This document shows, in pieces, positions 1 through 9,370 of a stretch of 64,000 nucleotides of DNA. The stretch is taken from positions 1-64,000 of the IMG/VR virus record IMGVR_UViG_3300030620_000005; one strand, written 5' to 3'. The position numbers and the translations under genes are program-made. Below the pieces are notes generated by a model. That model saw nothing but the letters and a program-made list of their open reading frames with translations, was not told where the DNA came from and searched no databases. Each line of letters begins with the position of its first letter. Position 1 is the first letter of the stretch. This DNA is from a virus. Lineage: Duplodnaviria; Caudoviricetes.

Positions 1-147
1 CTCCAGCAGCAGCGCACGGGTTCCGCCGTATGAGCGGCCGAGCCGGTCGGCGATAGACCGGATCGTGCAGCCTTGCGCGTACAACTCCGCAGCCTGCTGG
101 CGGACTCGTAGGCGTTCGGCGCCTTTGGTGTAGGGGCGCTTCTTCAT
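1..147 (-). CDS. Helix-turn-helix protein (runs off the window edge)
   Basis: Manual translation MKKRPYTKGAERLRVRQQAAELYAQGCTIRSIADRLGRSYGGTRALLLE; actinobacterial HTH pattern. Confidence 0.75.
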   Translation of the reverse strand, partial: MKKRPYTKGAERLRVRQQAAELYAQGCTIRSIADRLGRSYGGTRALLLE

Positions 148-262
148 GGGTGGTGCCTTTCTCGTGGTGGATGGGGGTCCCGGGCCTCGCGCCGGGGGAG
201 GTGGCGGGCTCCCGGGTGGCGGTCGGCGCGTGGGGGTCGGGCCGACCGCCGGTTCGGGTGGC

Positions 263-415
263 TTAGAGGAGGTCGTCGAGGATGAGCTGGCCGAACCAGA
301 CGAGGACGGCGACGAGCGCGCCGATCCCGGCGGTCCAGTACGGGGAGGCCCCGGCGGCGTACGCGATCCCGGCGGATGCGGAGCCGAGGAGCAGCCCGGT
401 CATGAAGCGCTTCAC
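263..415 (-). CDS. Small two-TM membrane protein
   Basis: Hydrophobic ORF; GTGA overlap with the vWA gene stop. Confidence 0.6.
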   Translation of the reverse strand: MKRFMTGLLLGSASAGIAYAAGASPYWTAGIGALVAVLVWFGQLILDDLL

Positions 416-1098
416 CGGAGGATCCCGGCCGCGCGTGCGGCAGTCAGCCACCCGGCGAACTCGGCGGTGATCCCGTCGTACAACTGGGCGTCAGTGACGG
501 CGTGCGGGTTCGCGGCATGAAAGAACGACGCGTTGTCGACGGCCCGTCGGCGCAGGCCGTCGAGCTTCTCCAGGAAGTCGACGCGGCCGCCGAACCCGAC
601 GAACGCCCAAAAAATCGGCAACGTGGACGCCTCGCGGAGCAGCTTCTCGGCGGCGCGCCGGTCGTTGGGTTCGCCGTCGGTCTGGAAGATGACGAGGCCC
701 GGGTCGGTGGCGCCGGACTGCTGGTACTCGGTGATCGCGGCCTGCATTCCGGCGACGTAGTCCGTCGAGCCCCAGTGCACCTTGGGGTGGGTGCGGTCGA
801 TGATCCCCGCGTAGTTGTCGAGGCGGGCGTCGTCGTACTGCTCGACGTGCGAGCCGAAGAAGATGACGGGCACGGCGCCGTCGTCGTCCAAGTTCACGGA
901 CAGGCCGAGGGCTTGTTCGGCGAGGCGCTGCACGGCGCCGTTGGCGTAGTAGGGCTGCATGCTGCCGGAGTGGTCGAGGACGAGCTGGACGGCGGCGCGC
1001 TGCCCGGCGAGGCCCTGCTTTTCCAGGGACACGGCGGCGGTCTTGGCGAGGTTGACGAGGCCGGGGGCCTGCTGTTCGACCTTGGCGAGGTTGATCAT
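412..1098 (-). CDS. vWA domain protein (TerF/TerY-associated type)
   Basis: MIDAS motif VLDHSGSM, ST, FQTDG; AAGGAG RBS before ATG at 1098. Confidence 0.85.
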   Translation of the reverse strand: MINLAKVEQQAPGLVNLAKTAAVSLEKQGLAGQRAAVQLVLDHSGSMQPYYANGAVQRLAEQALGLSVNLDDDGAVPVIFFGSHVEQYDDARLDNYAGIIDRTHPKVHWGSTDYVAGMQAAITEYQQSGATDPGLVIFQTDGEPNDRRAAEKLLREASTLPIFWAFVGFGGRVDFLEKLDGLRRRAVDNASFFHAANPHAVTDAQLYDGITAEFAGWLTAARAAGILR

Positions 1099-1163
1099 TT
1101 GGTGTTCTCCTTGTGGTGGGTGCCCCGCCGGATTCGGGTCGGCGGGGCGCTGTTGTCGGGCGG

Positions 1164-1382
1164 TCAGGCGAGGTGTTCGTTCTCGTACGCCTCCGCCGCT
1201 TCCGCCGCCCTGGCCGCGAGGGCGTCCTCTGCGCACGACTTATGCGCCGGAGACCGCTTCGAGTCGCGGAGGTTCGTCGGCCGCTGGCAGTACCGGCATG
1301 GCTTCTCGGTCCATGACCAGTGGCTTGCGTCGCGCCAGTCGAGGAGCGGCGGCGGGTCCGGGCCCGCGGGCTCCCCGCTCAC
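1164..1382 (-). CDS. Small CxxC hypothetical protein
   Basis: GTGA-coupled ORF with PCRYCQRPT...HKSC. Confidence 0.6.
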   Translation of the reverse strand: MSGEPAGPDPPPLLDWRDASHWSWTEKPCRYCQRPTNLRDSKRSPAHKSCAEDALAARAAEAAEAYENEHLA

Positions 1383-2065
1383 ACCAGGGCCTTGGTGGTG
1401 CCGGTGCGGCGCAGCCGGTTGTCCGCGTCCGCGTTCGCCTGACGGCACGGAGGACACGGCGTCTGGCCAAGCTTGAGATGCCGCTGATAGCCGGGCCGGG
1501 TCCCGCACCGGGCGCGTCCCTCGCTGTCGATGAGGTGCGCGGGGAGGTGGCATTCCTGGCTGCGGCAGTCGACTGTCACGGGGCCGTTCGGGGTGTGGCC
1601 GCGGTCGAGGGTGAAGCACAACTGCCGGGGCGTGTACGTCTTCCCGCAGAAGCTGACCTTCCTCGGGCCAGTCCAGGCGAGGTGCCCGCCGTACAGGCGC
1701 ACGGTGTTGTCGTCGAAGATTGACTGCATGGTGCGGGGCTTGACGGGCCGGCGGGTCTGCCCGGCTTTGACCTCGTCGGGGGTGAGGTTGCGGCGTGCGG
1801 CCTGGCGGAGCAGACCGCGGCGCTCCGCCTCCGACATGCCGCCCCACACACCGAACGCCTGCCGTGTCGCCAAAGCCCAGGCCCCGCACGCTTGAAGGAC
1901 CGGACAGCCGGAGCAGATGACTTTGGCGTGGCGCGTCTGGGCGTTGGCAGCGGGTGTGGCGCCGACAGGGAAGAACAGCTCGGCGTCCTCGTCGCGACAT
2001 GCCGCGGAGTCGCGCCAGTCGGTGGCGCGTGGGGTGTCGGGGACGGCGCCGGTGTGGTGGGTCAT
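1379..2065 (-). CDS. WhiB-family Fe-S transcription factor with C-terminal Cys/His-rich extension
   Basis: CRDEDAELFF...CSGCPVLQAC...GVWGG; ATGA overlap at 2062-2065. Confidence 0.9.
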   Translation of the reverse strand: MTHHTGAVPDTPRATDWRDSAACRDEDAELFFPVGATPAANAQTRHAKVICSGCPVLQACGAWALATRQAFGVWGGMSEAERRGLLRQAARRNLTPDEVKAGQTRRPVKPRTMQSIFDDNTVRLYGGHLAWTGPRKVSFCGKTYTPRQLCFTLDRGHTPNGPVTVDCRSQECHLPAHLIDSEGRARCGTRPGYQRHLKLGQTPCPPCRQANADADNRLRRTGTTKALV

Positions 2066-2340
2066 GACTGCTCGTCCTCTCGCTGCTGGCGGATGGCGTC
2101 GCGGAGCCGGTCGCACCCGGCGGCGTCGGCCGGGGGAGGCCCGAGTTCTTCGAACAGGGGGGCCAGGCGTGCGAAGTGGGCGTCGAGGTGCGCGTCGAGG
2201 TCTTCGAGGAGGCGCAGCCCGTCGGGGCCGACGTCGTGCTCCTCGTCGTCGCCCGCCCAGGCGGTGAGGATCTGCCAGGCCAGAGCGAGCGCGGTGAAGA
2301 CGGCGATCGTGGTGATGGTGAGGGCCTGACTGGTACTCAC
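2062..2340 (-). CDS. Hypothetical protein with N-terminal TM segment
   Basis: Coupled ORF with hydrophobic N-terminus. Confidence 0.6.
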   Translation of the reverse strand: MSTSQALTITTIAVFTALALAWQILTAWAGDDEEHDVGPDGLRLLEDLDAHLDAHFARLAPLFEELGPPPADAAGCDRLRDAIRQQREDEQS

Positions 2341-2942
2341 CGCGCGATCACCTGCTCGCGGTCCGGCCACGCGCAGCCAGCCAGCGCCGCACGATGCCCA
2401 TCCGGAACCTCAGCCAGAGGCTGCTCGAGCCAGTGCAGACCCATCGCCCGCAGGATCAGCGCGTCCGCCTCGTCGTCAGACTCGAGGACCGCCCCGTACC
2501 GGCGGCGCGCGGCCTCGAGCACTGCGGTCTTCCTCGAGCCTCCGTTGCCGGTGGCGTACTTCGCTCGAGCAGTCGGCGAGATCACGGCGACGGGGATGTC
2601 CCGCTCGAGGAGCGCGGCGACGATGCGCCACCACAGGCCGCCGCGGTCCCAGGTGGATCCGCCGGGGGTGGTGTAGCTGACGGGGCCTTCAGCACACGCG
2701 AGGTCGACGGTGCCGACTTCCTCGAGGACGCGGGTGGTGATGTGCTTCAGGCGGGCGTTCCGCTCGAGCAGGCTGTCTTTGCGGCGGCCTTTGGTGGGGA
2801 CTCGAGTGGTGCCGCCGAGGGTGGCGATGCCGGTGCCGGTCAAGGAGATGTCGAGCCCGGCGACCCGGTAGAGGCGGGGCCGAGGCCCGGCCGCCGTGGT
2901 GGCGACCGGAACCCGCGGGGTGAACAGGGTCGGGGTGGTCAT
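2337..2942 (-). CDS. RuvC-like Holliday junction resolvase
   Basis: VAGLDISLTGTGIA, CAEG, AKYATGNG, DDEADAL motifs. Confidence 0.85.
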   Translation of the reverse strand: MTTPTLFTPRVPVATTAAGPRPRLYRVAGLDISLTGTGIATLGGTTRVPTKGRRKDSLLERNARLKHITTRVLEEVGTVDLACAEGPVSYTTPGGSTWDRGGLWWRIVAALLERDIPVAVISPTARAKYATGNGGSRKTAVLEAARRRYGAVLESDDEADALILRAMGLHWLEQPLAEVPDGHRAALAGCAWPDREQVIAR

Positions 2943-3748
2943 GTCATGCACCACCCGGAGTCACAGGCACCATCGGCTTCGTCGAACATCGGCAGCAGGT
3001 CGACGCCGTCCGGGATGGCCTGCCGCAACGGCTTGTTGAACCGGGTCAGATAGACGTGGTCCTTGCCCCGCTCGTCGCGGCGCTCGTTGAGGAGTTCTTC
3101 GAGCTGGCACGACTTCTCGAACAGCTCCGGCTCGTCGCGCCGCTGGTCGTGCCACGTCTCCGGGCGGTGGAACGGGCAGAAGAAACATGAGCTCTTGGGC
3201 GGCACCGGCAGGCCTGCCTCGCGGATGATGCGCGCGCAGTCGGTGCGCCTCAGGCCGAGGTCGAGCAGCGGGTAGGTGATGACCTCGTGCGGCTCGGTGC
3301 GCCGGTTGTTTGCCCGGTGGATCTCGTCGACGCTGATGCCGATGCCGATCACGGCCGGGGCCGTGGCAGTTGCGCCGCGCCGCTTCAGTTCCTTCCCGAT
3401 CACCTTGATCTTGAAGTCGGCGGTGCACGACCGCTGGCCGGGCGCCCCGTTGGACATGCGGACCGGGATCGGCAGCGAGCGGGAGCCGGGCCGGGTGAGT
3501 CGGCCTATGAGGGTCTCGACGCTGCCGTCGCGCTTCACCCGGTCCAGGACGGCGAGCTCTATGCCGTGCTCGGCAGCGAACGGCCGGGCGTACTCCTCGA
3601 CGTACCGGAGAGTGCTGGGGTTCTCGGAGTCGTCGCCCACGTTGGCCATGAGGAACAGGCGGAAGTCGATGCGCTCCTGTGCGGCGAGGACGAGGAGGGC
3701 GGTGGATTGGACGCCACCGCCGTAGCTGATGGATCTCAGGACGGTCAT
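2939..3748 (-). CDS. PAPS-reductase-like PP-loop protein
   Basis: SYGGGVQS PP-loop, CTADFKI, KSSCFFCPF. Confidence 0.8.
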   Translation of the reverse strand: MTVLRSISYGGGVQSTALLVLAAQERIDFRLFLMANVGDDSENPSTLRYVEEYARPFAAEHGIELAVLDRVKRDGSVETLIGRLTRPGSRSLPIPVRMSNGAPGQRSCTADFKIKVIGKELKRRGATATAPAVIGIGISVDEIHRANNRRTEPHEVITYPLLDLGLRRTDCARIIREAGLPVPPKSSCFFCPFHRPETWHDQRRDEPELFEKSCQLEELLNERRDERGKDHVYLTRFNKPLRQAIPDGVDLLPMFDEADGACDSGWCMT

Positions 3749-4035
3749 GAGTCCCCCAGGGTGGTGGTGCCGCAGTCCCAGCAACGCCGGGACGTGTCGC
3801 GGTTGACGGCGTGGGCGGTGGCCCGCTCGCAGCGCGGGCAGTCGGCGTCCTCGTGGGTGGCGATCTCGTCCGCGTCGAGGAGCTGGCTCAGCTCCGTCTC
3901 GTTGAGGACGACGTGCGGGATCGGCACCGTCTGTTCGACGAGCGGCTCATCAGGCAGCAGCAGCACAGGCCGGCGCGGGCGGTGTTTGCCGGTGGGGGCG
4001 ACGATCTGCCGCAGGACACGCAGTGGGCTGGTCAC
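3745..4035 (-). CDS. Small zinc-ribbon protein
   Basis: CPRC...CWDC; coupled start and stop. Confidence 0.65.
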   Translation of the reverse strand: MTSPLRVLRQIVAPTGKHRPRRPVLLLPDEPLVEQTVPIPHVVLNETELSQLLDADEIATHEDADCPRCERATAHAVNRDTSRRCWDCGTTTLGDS

Positions 4036-4397
4036 GAGACGTCCGCCTCCTTCCGGGGGTGGGGCTTGTCCATGCGCCGCGACTGCCAGGCCGCGCCCGC
4101 GCGGACGGCGGGATCGTTGAGGCCGAGGGCGTCGTCGAGCTGCTGCTCCAAGTGCTCGATCCGGCGCTCCAGGCCGGCCATGTGGGCGACGTCGGTGCTG
4201 TCGTCGAGGCGGCGGGCCAGTTCCGTGTTGCGGCCCTCGAGGCGCAGGTTCGCGGCGTGGAGGACGGCGTTCCGGGCGGCGAGGACGCGCCGCTCGCCTT
4301 CTGCGTCGTCGTGGCGCGCCTCGGTGTCCAGAACGCGTTGGCGTAGCTCGGCGATCTCGGCGTCGCGCAGACGGCGGGTGACGAATGGCCAGTTCAC
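4032..4397 (-). CDS. Coiled-coil hypothetical protein
   Basis: GTGA-coupled ORF, heptad-like composition. Confidence 0.6.
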   Translation of the reverse strand: MNWPFVTRRLRDAEIAELRQRVLDTEARHDDAEGERRVLAARNAVLHAANLRLEGRNTELARRLDDSTDVAHMAGLERRIEHLEQQLDDALGLNDPAVRAGAAWQSRRMDKPHPRKEADVS

Positions 4398-4699
4398 AGG
4401 TCGGCTCCTTCCAGGCGTGCGAGCTCGATCTGCAGGTCGACTCCGGCGTCGGTGAGGGCCTGCTGGAGTGCGTCGGCGAACGCCTGCGGGCTTTGCCACG
4501 CGGTCGACGGATGACCCGCGGCGGCGATGCGGGAGGCGATGACGTCCTTCGCGCGGGACAGCTCCCCGGCCACCTGACCGAGCGCGCGGCCGGTCGCGTC
4601 GGCGTCCGCCTTCCAGGCGTCCCGGTCTGCGATGAGTGCCTCGTTGCGGGTGGCGAGGCTGCGGACGCGTTCTTCGAGGCGGCGACGGGACACGATCAC
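4394..4699 (-). CDS. Hypothetical protein
   Basis: GTGA-coupled ORF. Confidence 0.55.
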   Translation of the reverse strand: MIVSRRRLEERVRSLATRNEALIADRDAWKADADATGRALGQVAGELSRAKDVIASRIAAAGHPSTAWQSPQAFADALQQALTDAGVDLQIELARLEGADL

Positions 4700-5421
4700 G
4701 TCGCACCCCCACGCTGAGCCGGAATCAGTGGCCACTCCGGTGCGCAGTACGCCTCCGGATCCGACTTCCGCAGGAAGGCTTGCAACCCGGTCTGCTGCTC
4801 CGCTCGCCACGCCTTCTGAGCCGCGTACAACTGCTGCGGGCCCATCGCTGCGAGTTGCGGGTGGTAGTCGAACTGGGCGTCCGTCAGCAGCAGCGCGGCG
4901 AGCGCGTCAGCCTCCGCGGTGTGCCAGTCGGTGAGGGCGACGCCGTAGCGTTCGCACGTCGGCTTCAACTTCCGCAGCCCGGCCCCGCGGAGCCGCTGGA
5001 CGCACTGCCGGTCGATGACGTGCGGGTCCAGCAGTGTGAGCGGCTCGCCGTCGAGACGCTCGGCCATCGTCGGCAGGCCGTGCCGTACGAGGTCGTAGTG
5101 GAGGATGCTCCAGTCGAACGACTGGTTGAACGCGATGACCGGCATGCCGTAGGCCAGGGCCTCGGCGAGGCGTCCGGCGATCTCGTCGAGCGTGGTCTTC
5201 GGGTCGGTGCCCTCGGCTTGCGCTCGCTCGTCGGTGATCCCGTGCACGGCACTCGCGGCCGGCGGGATCGGAACCTTCGGATCGATCAGATAGGAGAAGG
5301 TTCGGTCGGGGAGCCCGCCGCCGCGTACGACCAGAGCAGCCGTCACAATGCGGGCCTCAGTCGGACTTACCGACGTAGTTTCCGTGTCCCACGCAAGTCG
5401 ACGAAGCTGATTGAAGTTCAT
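4696..5421 (-). CDS. DEDDh 3'-5' exonuclease (DnaQ-like)
   Basis: WDTETT, AFNQSFD, HTAEADALA. Confidence 0.9.
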   Translation of the reverse strand: MNFNQLRRLAWDTETTSVSPTEARIVTAALVVRGGGLPDRTFSYLIDPKVPIPPAASAVHGITDERAQAEGTDPKTTLDEIAGRLAEALAYGMPVIAFNQSFDWSILHYDLVRHGLPTMAERLDGEPLTLLDPHVIDRQCVQRLRGAGLRKLKPTCERYGVALTDWHTAEADALAALLLTDAQFDYHPQLAAMGPQQLYAAQKAWRAEQQTGLQAFLRKSDPEAYCAPEWPLIPAQRGGAT

Positions 5422-5945
5422 GCGGACGTGCCCTTCGGAAGGAACCGGCCGGTCTCGGGGTCGTGTCGACTACCCGCGTACGCCGACGGGCGACGGTTCT
5501 TGGCTTGCGTGGAGTAGTCCGTCCAGCGGACGTTGTCCGGCTCGTAGCCGCGGTCGTTGTCGATGCGGTCGAGAGTCATGCCGGATGGCCGGTCACCGAC
5601 GTCAGTAAGGAAGTTGGCGAAGTCCCGCCACCGCTCGCACACGGTGATCCCACGACCGCCGTAATCGGCCCACCTCTTATGCGTGGGGCGCGTGCAGCGG
5701 CCGACGAGGTCGGTCCACGTCATGTAGATGGAGGTGCCGCTGTAGCCGTGCCTGGTGTGCCGTGCGAGGAGGATCTCACTACGCAGGCACCCGCAGGACT
5801 GTGTGCGCCCCCATTGCCCGAGAGGGAGGGAGTGGTCCTTGCCGCAGTCGCACCGGCACTGGATGCGCGGCTCACACGGGTTGCGCTGGACGGTGACGAC
5901 GAGGCGGCCGTATCGCTCGCCAGCGGGGATGATGCGCGGGGTCAC
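5418..5945 (-). CDS. Free-standing HNH-type homing endonuclease
   Basis: CRCDCG, SCGC, YGGRGITVCERW, TLDRIDNDRGYEPDNVRW. Confidence 0.85.
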   Translation of the reverse strand: MTPRIIPAGERYGRLVVTVQRNPCEPRIQCRCDCGKDHSLPLGQWGRTQSCGCLRSEILLARHTRHGYSGTSIYMTWTDLVGRCTRPTHKRWADYGGRGITVCERWRDFANFLTDVGDRPSGMTLDRIDNDRGYEPDNVRWTDYSTQAKNRRPSAYAGSRHDPETGRFLPKGTSA

Positions 5946-6460
5946 TCGGCACCGCCTGTGGTGATCTGCGGCAGCGCGAGGTGCGAGAGCGCCCCGGATC
6001 GCCAGGCCTCGGCGATGGCCTCGCGGCCGCCGTCGACCGGCCGCACCGAATGCGTACGGCCGCGGGTCGCCTTGATCTCCACGCCTGGCACGTCGAAGAC
6101 TTCGCCGGTCTCCTTGTCGGCCCACTGCGCAGTGCCGGCCGCGGTCATCTCCGCGAGGAGCGCGGTGGTGTACGCGGGCCGGACCTCGATGACGAGGCGG
6201 GAGACGATGTTGGCGGGACTGTGCTCGCGGACCCAGGCGAGGAACTTGTCCGGGTCGGTCACGGTGGCAGCGGGCTTCGGTTCGGTGCGGGAGATGGTGG
6301 CGACCTTCGTACCGTCGGGGAGCTTGGCGGTGACGCGGGTGGCGCCGTTGGTGTCGAGGGCTTCCTGCATTTCGGCCTTCACCGCCTTGAGGCGGTCGCC
6401 GATCGCATCGACGAGGCTCTTCAGCGCGGCCTCTTCGAGCGCGAGTTGCTGCATGTCCAT
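5942..6460 (-). CDS. Gam/Gp157-like protein next to the recombinase
   Basis: N-terminal coiled coil, DKETGEVFDVPGVE motif, position beside RecT-like gene; family call is tentative. Confidence 0.5.
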   Translation of the reverse strand: MDMQQLALEEAALKSLVDAIGDRLKAVKAEMQEALDTNGATRVTAKLPDGTKVATISRTEPKPAATVTDPDKFLAWVREHSPANIVSRLVIEVRPAYTTALLAEMTAAGTAQWADKETGEVFDVPGVEIKATRGRTHSVRPVDGGREAIAEAWRSGALSHLALPQITTGGAE

Positions 6461-6476
6461 GTGGTCTCCTGGAAGG

Positions 6477-6509
6477 CGGGGCGCCCTCGATTGCCGCGAG
6501 GGCGCCCCG
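6477..6509. terminator. 13-bp GC stem-loop
   Basis: CGGGGCGCCCTCG-N7-CGAGGGCGCCCCG between two genes. Confidence 0.6.
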
Positions 6510-6522
6510 TGTTCGGGGTGGG

Positions 6523-7581
6523 TCAGGCGGCGCTGTTGCGGAGCTGTGCGGTGAAGCCGCGGATCGCGGCAGGGGACACGTCGTCGAGCGGCGCCCCGAG
6601 GGCGGGATAGGCGGCGGCGTCGATGTCCGTGATGCCGTTCTCGGCGGCGAATTGCCGCAGCTCGGCTACGGCGGCGGCGTGCTCGTCGGGCGCGGGCTCG
6701 TCGACGGTCTCGACGTCCACCACGTCGCCGTCGTCGCCGGCCGGGGCCTGCTCGGCGGCCGCCTTCTGCTTCCCGATCTCCACGATCTGTGCGAGGTACT
6801 CCGGCACCGCGCCGTCGGCTGCGGCCTCGCGGTAGATGCCGCGTACTGCCTCGGCGTCCGGTGCTTCGCTCGCCTCGTGGAGGTAGTCGCGGCCCTGCGC
6901 CGCCGTCTGCGGGGCGGGCGTTTGCTGGACGGCGTGCAACTGCTGCACTGGCGCAACCGGCGGCTCTACCGGGTGGCCGTCCTGGTCCACCCACGCGCCG
7001 ACTTCCTCCGGCGTGTAGATCGCGCCGTGCAGGACCTCGGGGCACGCCGTGCGTACGCACTCGGAGATGGCGCGCGCCCGCAGCATCGCCCGCGGGTACT
7101 TCTCCCAGTTCTGCTTCTCGCCCTTCTGGCTCCGGGAGTAAGGGCGGTTGTTGCGGAGCTCGCACAGTCCGGCGGTGACTGCGTCGTCGTAGGTCCAGGT
7201 GATGACGTTCTCGAACTCGGGGTCGTCGGACCGCCAGATGCTGACGGTGCACTGGCCCGGCTCCTGCCGGATGCGGACCTTGTGGCCGGCGTCCCGGGCT
7301 CGGGACAGCATGAGGTCGGCGGACTGGGTGGGCTTGCCCTTGATGACGTGGATGGTGTTGATCGTCGTCACGACGTCGAGGCCGAGGGCGCGGCCGTACT
7401 CCATGGCCCACAGCACGGAGGCGGGGTTGCGGCGGTAGGCGTCGGGCAGGAGCGGAGTGTCGGCGAGGGACTGGCAGAACAGCCACGCCTCGTGCGGGCT
7501 CATGTGGCCGAGGGAGAGGGCGCCGCCGCGTTGGGCGATGGCGGGCGCGTTGCCCTGGCGCTTGACGATTTCGGCGTTCAC
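6523..7581 (-). CDS. RecT/Bet-like single-strand annealing protein
   Basis: GRALGL...IHVIKGKP...WEKYPRAMLRARAISEC...YTPEE. Confidence 0.85.
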   Translation of the reverse strand: MNAEIVKRQGNAPAIAQRGGALSLGHMSPHEAWLFCQSLADTPLLPDAYRRNPASVLWAMEYGRALGLDVVTTINTIHVIKGKPTQSADLMLSRARDAGHKVRIRQEPGQCTVSIWRSDDPEFENVITWTYDDAVTAGLCELRNNRPYSRSQKGEKQNWEKYPRAMLRARAISECVRTACPEVLHGAIYTPEEVGAWVDQDGHPVEPPVAPVQQLHAVQQTPAPQTAAQGRDYLHEASEAPDAEAVRGIYREAAADGAVPEYLAQIVEIGKQKAAAEQAPAGDDGDVVDVETVDEPAPDEHAAAVAELRQFAAENGITDIDAAAYPALGAPLDDVSPAAIRGFTAQLRNSAA

Positions 7582-7967
7582 TTGCTGCCGTCCTTCCGGG
7601 TGGTGCGGGAGGCGCGGGTGTAGAACCTCACGCCGGCGGTGTCGTGTTGGGTGATGGCGCCGGAGTCGCGGAGGGTCGCGAGGTCGTGGCGTGCCGCCCG
7701 GACGTCGAGCCCGGTGAGGCCTTGGGTCTGGTACCAGCGGGCGACGTCGCCGGACTTCCACCGGCCGCCGTCGAAGGTGATTTCGTGGAGGAGGCGGGCG
7801 CGGCGGTTGGTGTCGGTGGGAGTGGCCGTCGGCGCCTGGGCGCTGGCCTTCTCCTCGGTCTTGGTCGCCCGCTCGGCGTCGTAGTTCGCGAGGAGCTTCC
7901 CGACCAGCTCGGCGTTGCCGTCGTAGTAGACGGTCAGCGCGTGCTCGATCACACTGCGGGCGCTCAT
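7578..7967 (-). CDS. Hypothetical protein with possible winged-helix C-terminus
   Basis: Coupled ORF; AARHDLATLRDSGAI pattern. Confidence 0.55.
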   Translation of the reverse strand: MSARSVIEHALTVYYDGNAELVGKLLANYDAERATKTEEKASAQAPTATPTDTNRRARLLHEITFDGGRWKSGDVARWYQTQGLTGLDVRAARHDLATLRDSGAITQHDTAGVRFYTRASRTTRKDGSK

Positions 7968-8344
7968 TCGTCGGCCTCCGGGTCGTACTTGGCGGCGACT
8001 TCCAGGGCGGTCACGACGTAGCCCGTCGTGCACTCCTCGCCGCCGACCCAAGCGGTCATCTCGGCGACGCCGTCCTCTTCGTCCTCGATCCAGTCGAGGC
8101 TGCTGTCCGGCTGGTCGCGGCGCTCGTACGCCTCGCAGTGCTCGCGGGCAGCCTCGGCCGTGGTGTAGAGGCCGAACACGATCGAGTCGTGGGAGGCCCG
8201 GAACACCGTCAGCGGGCCGGTCTGCTGCTCGGCGAGGACCTCGTCACGGAACGCATCGAGCATCGAGCCGATGCGCTCCCAGCGGGAGGACATCTCATGA
8301 AGGCCCTCGCCGAGGGCGGCTTCGAGTTCATCGCGGGCGCTCAC
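7964..8344 (-). CDS. Hypothetical protein
   Basis: Coupled ORF. Confidence 0.6.
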   Translation of the reverse strand: MSARDELEAALGEGLHEMSSRWERIGSMLDAFRDEVLAEQQTGPLTVFRASHDSIVFGLYTTAEAAREHCEAYERRDQPDSSLDWIEDEEDGVAEMTAWVGGEECTTGYVVTALEVAAKYDPEADE

Positions 8345-8784
8345 GCTGTCCGCCTCCCGTCCTGCTCCGGAAGCGGGTTCGCCTTCAGGTGACGGCGGGT
8401 CGCCGCGTGCGACGGATGCTTGATCAGCGACGCGCCCTGCGACCGCTCCGGGTTGAAGCGGGACAGCGACCGCTCCACCTCGGCCAGTTCAGCGGCCAGA
8501 CGGTGCACGTCCCGGATCGAGACTTCGACCTGCGCCGTGTCCATCCCGGCGACGTCCTCGACCTCTTCCAGCACGGCATCCAACTCGCCCTCACGGGCCA
8601 CGCCCTGCACGACAGCGGCCAGTTCGTCGAGTGCGTCGAGGACCTGGTCGCGGGTGTCGGGGTCACCCCACTTGGCGACGAGGGAGACGAGGGTGTCGGT
8701 ACGGATGGCGTCGAACCGGGCGACGCCGTGGAGGTGGTTGGAGCCGAGGTGGAACGACTGCTGCGGCTTCGACGAGTGGTTCAT
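8341..8784 (-). CDS. Hypothetical protein
   Basis: ATGA-coupled ORF. Confidence 0.6.
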   Translation of the reverse strand: MNHSSKPQQSFHLGSNHLHGVARFDAIRTDTLVSLVAKWGDPDTRDQVLDALDELAAVVQGVAREGELDAVLEEVEDVAGMDTAQVEVSIRDVHRLAAELAEVERSLSRFNPERSQGASLIKHPSHAATRRHLKANPLPEQDGRRTA

Positions 8785-9035
8785 CGGGCGCTCTCCTCGG
8801 TGATGTAGTCGACGGGGCGCACCGAACGCTGCGTCCACGAGAACCGGCCGCCTCGGGCCGTCCGGCGCTGCATCAGCCGCAGCACACCGTGGTGGTACTC
8901 GTCCCAGCGGTGCTCCCACTCGCCGGCCTTCTGGTGCTGGGACTCGGCGGCGAGCGCGTAGGCCTGCGCCAGTTCCAGGCTCGGCGTGGCGGCAGTCGGG
9001 AATTCGCCGACCATGACGACGTAGACGGTCTTCAT
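8781..9035 (-). CDS. Hypothetical protein
   Basis: ATGA-coupled ORF. Confidence 0.55.
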   Translation of the reverse strand: MKTVYVVMVGEFPTAATPSLELAQAYALAAESQHQKAGEWEHRWDEYHHGVLRLMQRRTARGGRFSWTQRSVRPVDYITEESAR

Positions 9036-9370
9036 CGGGTTGCCTCCGGGCGGGTGGTGAGGAGGATGAGGAGCGCGGCCATGTCCCGGCACGCTTCGCG
9101 GGCGGTGAACAGCGCGTGCCACACCCAGGCCGCGACCGGGGCCAACTGGTGGTGGGCGGAGGCGTACGCGCGGTTCAGGTTGTTGCCCGCGCACACGGCG
9201 CCCTCGTGCACCGTCCTGGCCGTACGGCGCACCAGCGGGCGCGGGTCGAGGTCGCAGTCCAGCAGCGGCTCGAACAGCAGCAGCCACAGCAGCCAGCCGG
9301 TGGCGGTGAGGCCGGTGCCGAGCGACAAGAACGCCGCCCACTCGGCGAGGTCGTGGGTCTGATAGCTCAC
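9032..9370 (-). CDS. Membrane hypothetical protein
   Basis: Hydrophobic segments; coupled. Confidence 0.55.
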   Translation of the reverse strand: MSYQTHDLAEWAAFLSLGTGLTATGWLLWLLLFEPLLDCDLDPRPLVRRTARTVHEGAVCAGNNLNRAYASAHHQLAPVAAWVWHALFTAREACRDMAALLILLTTRPEATR

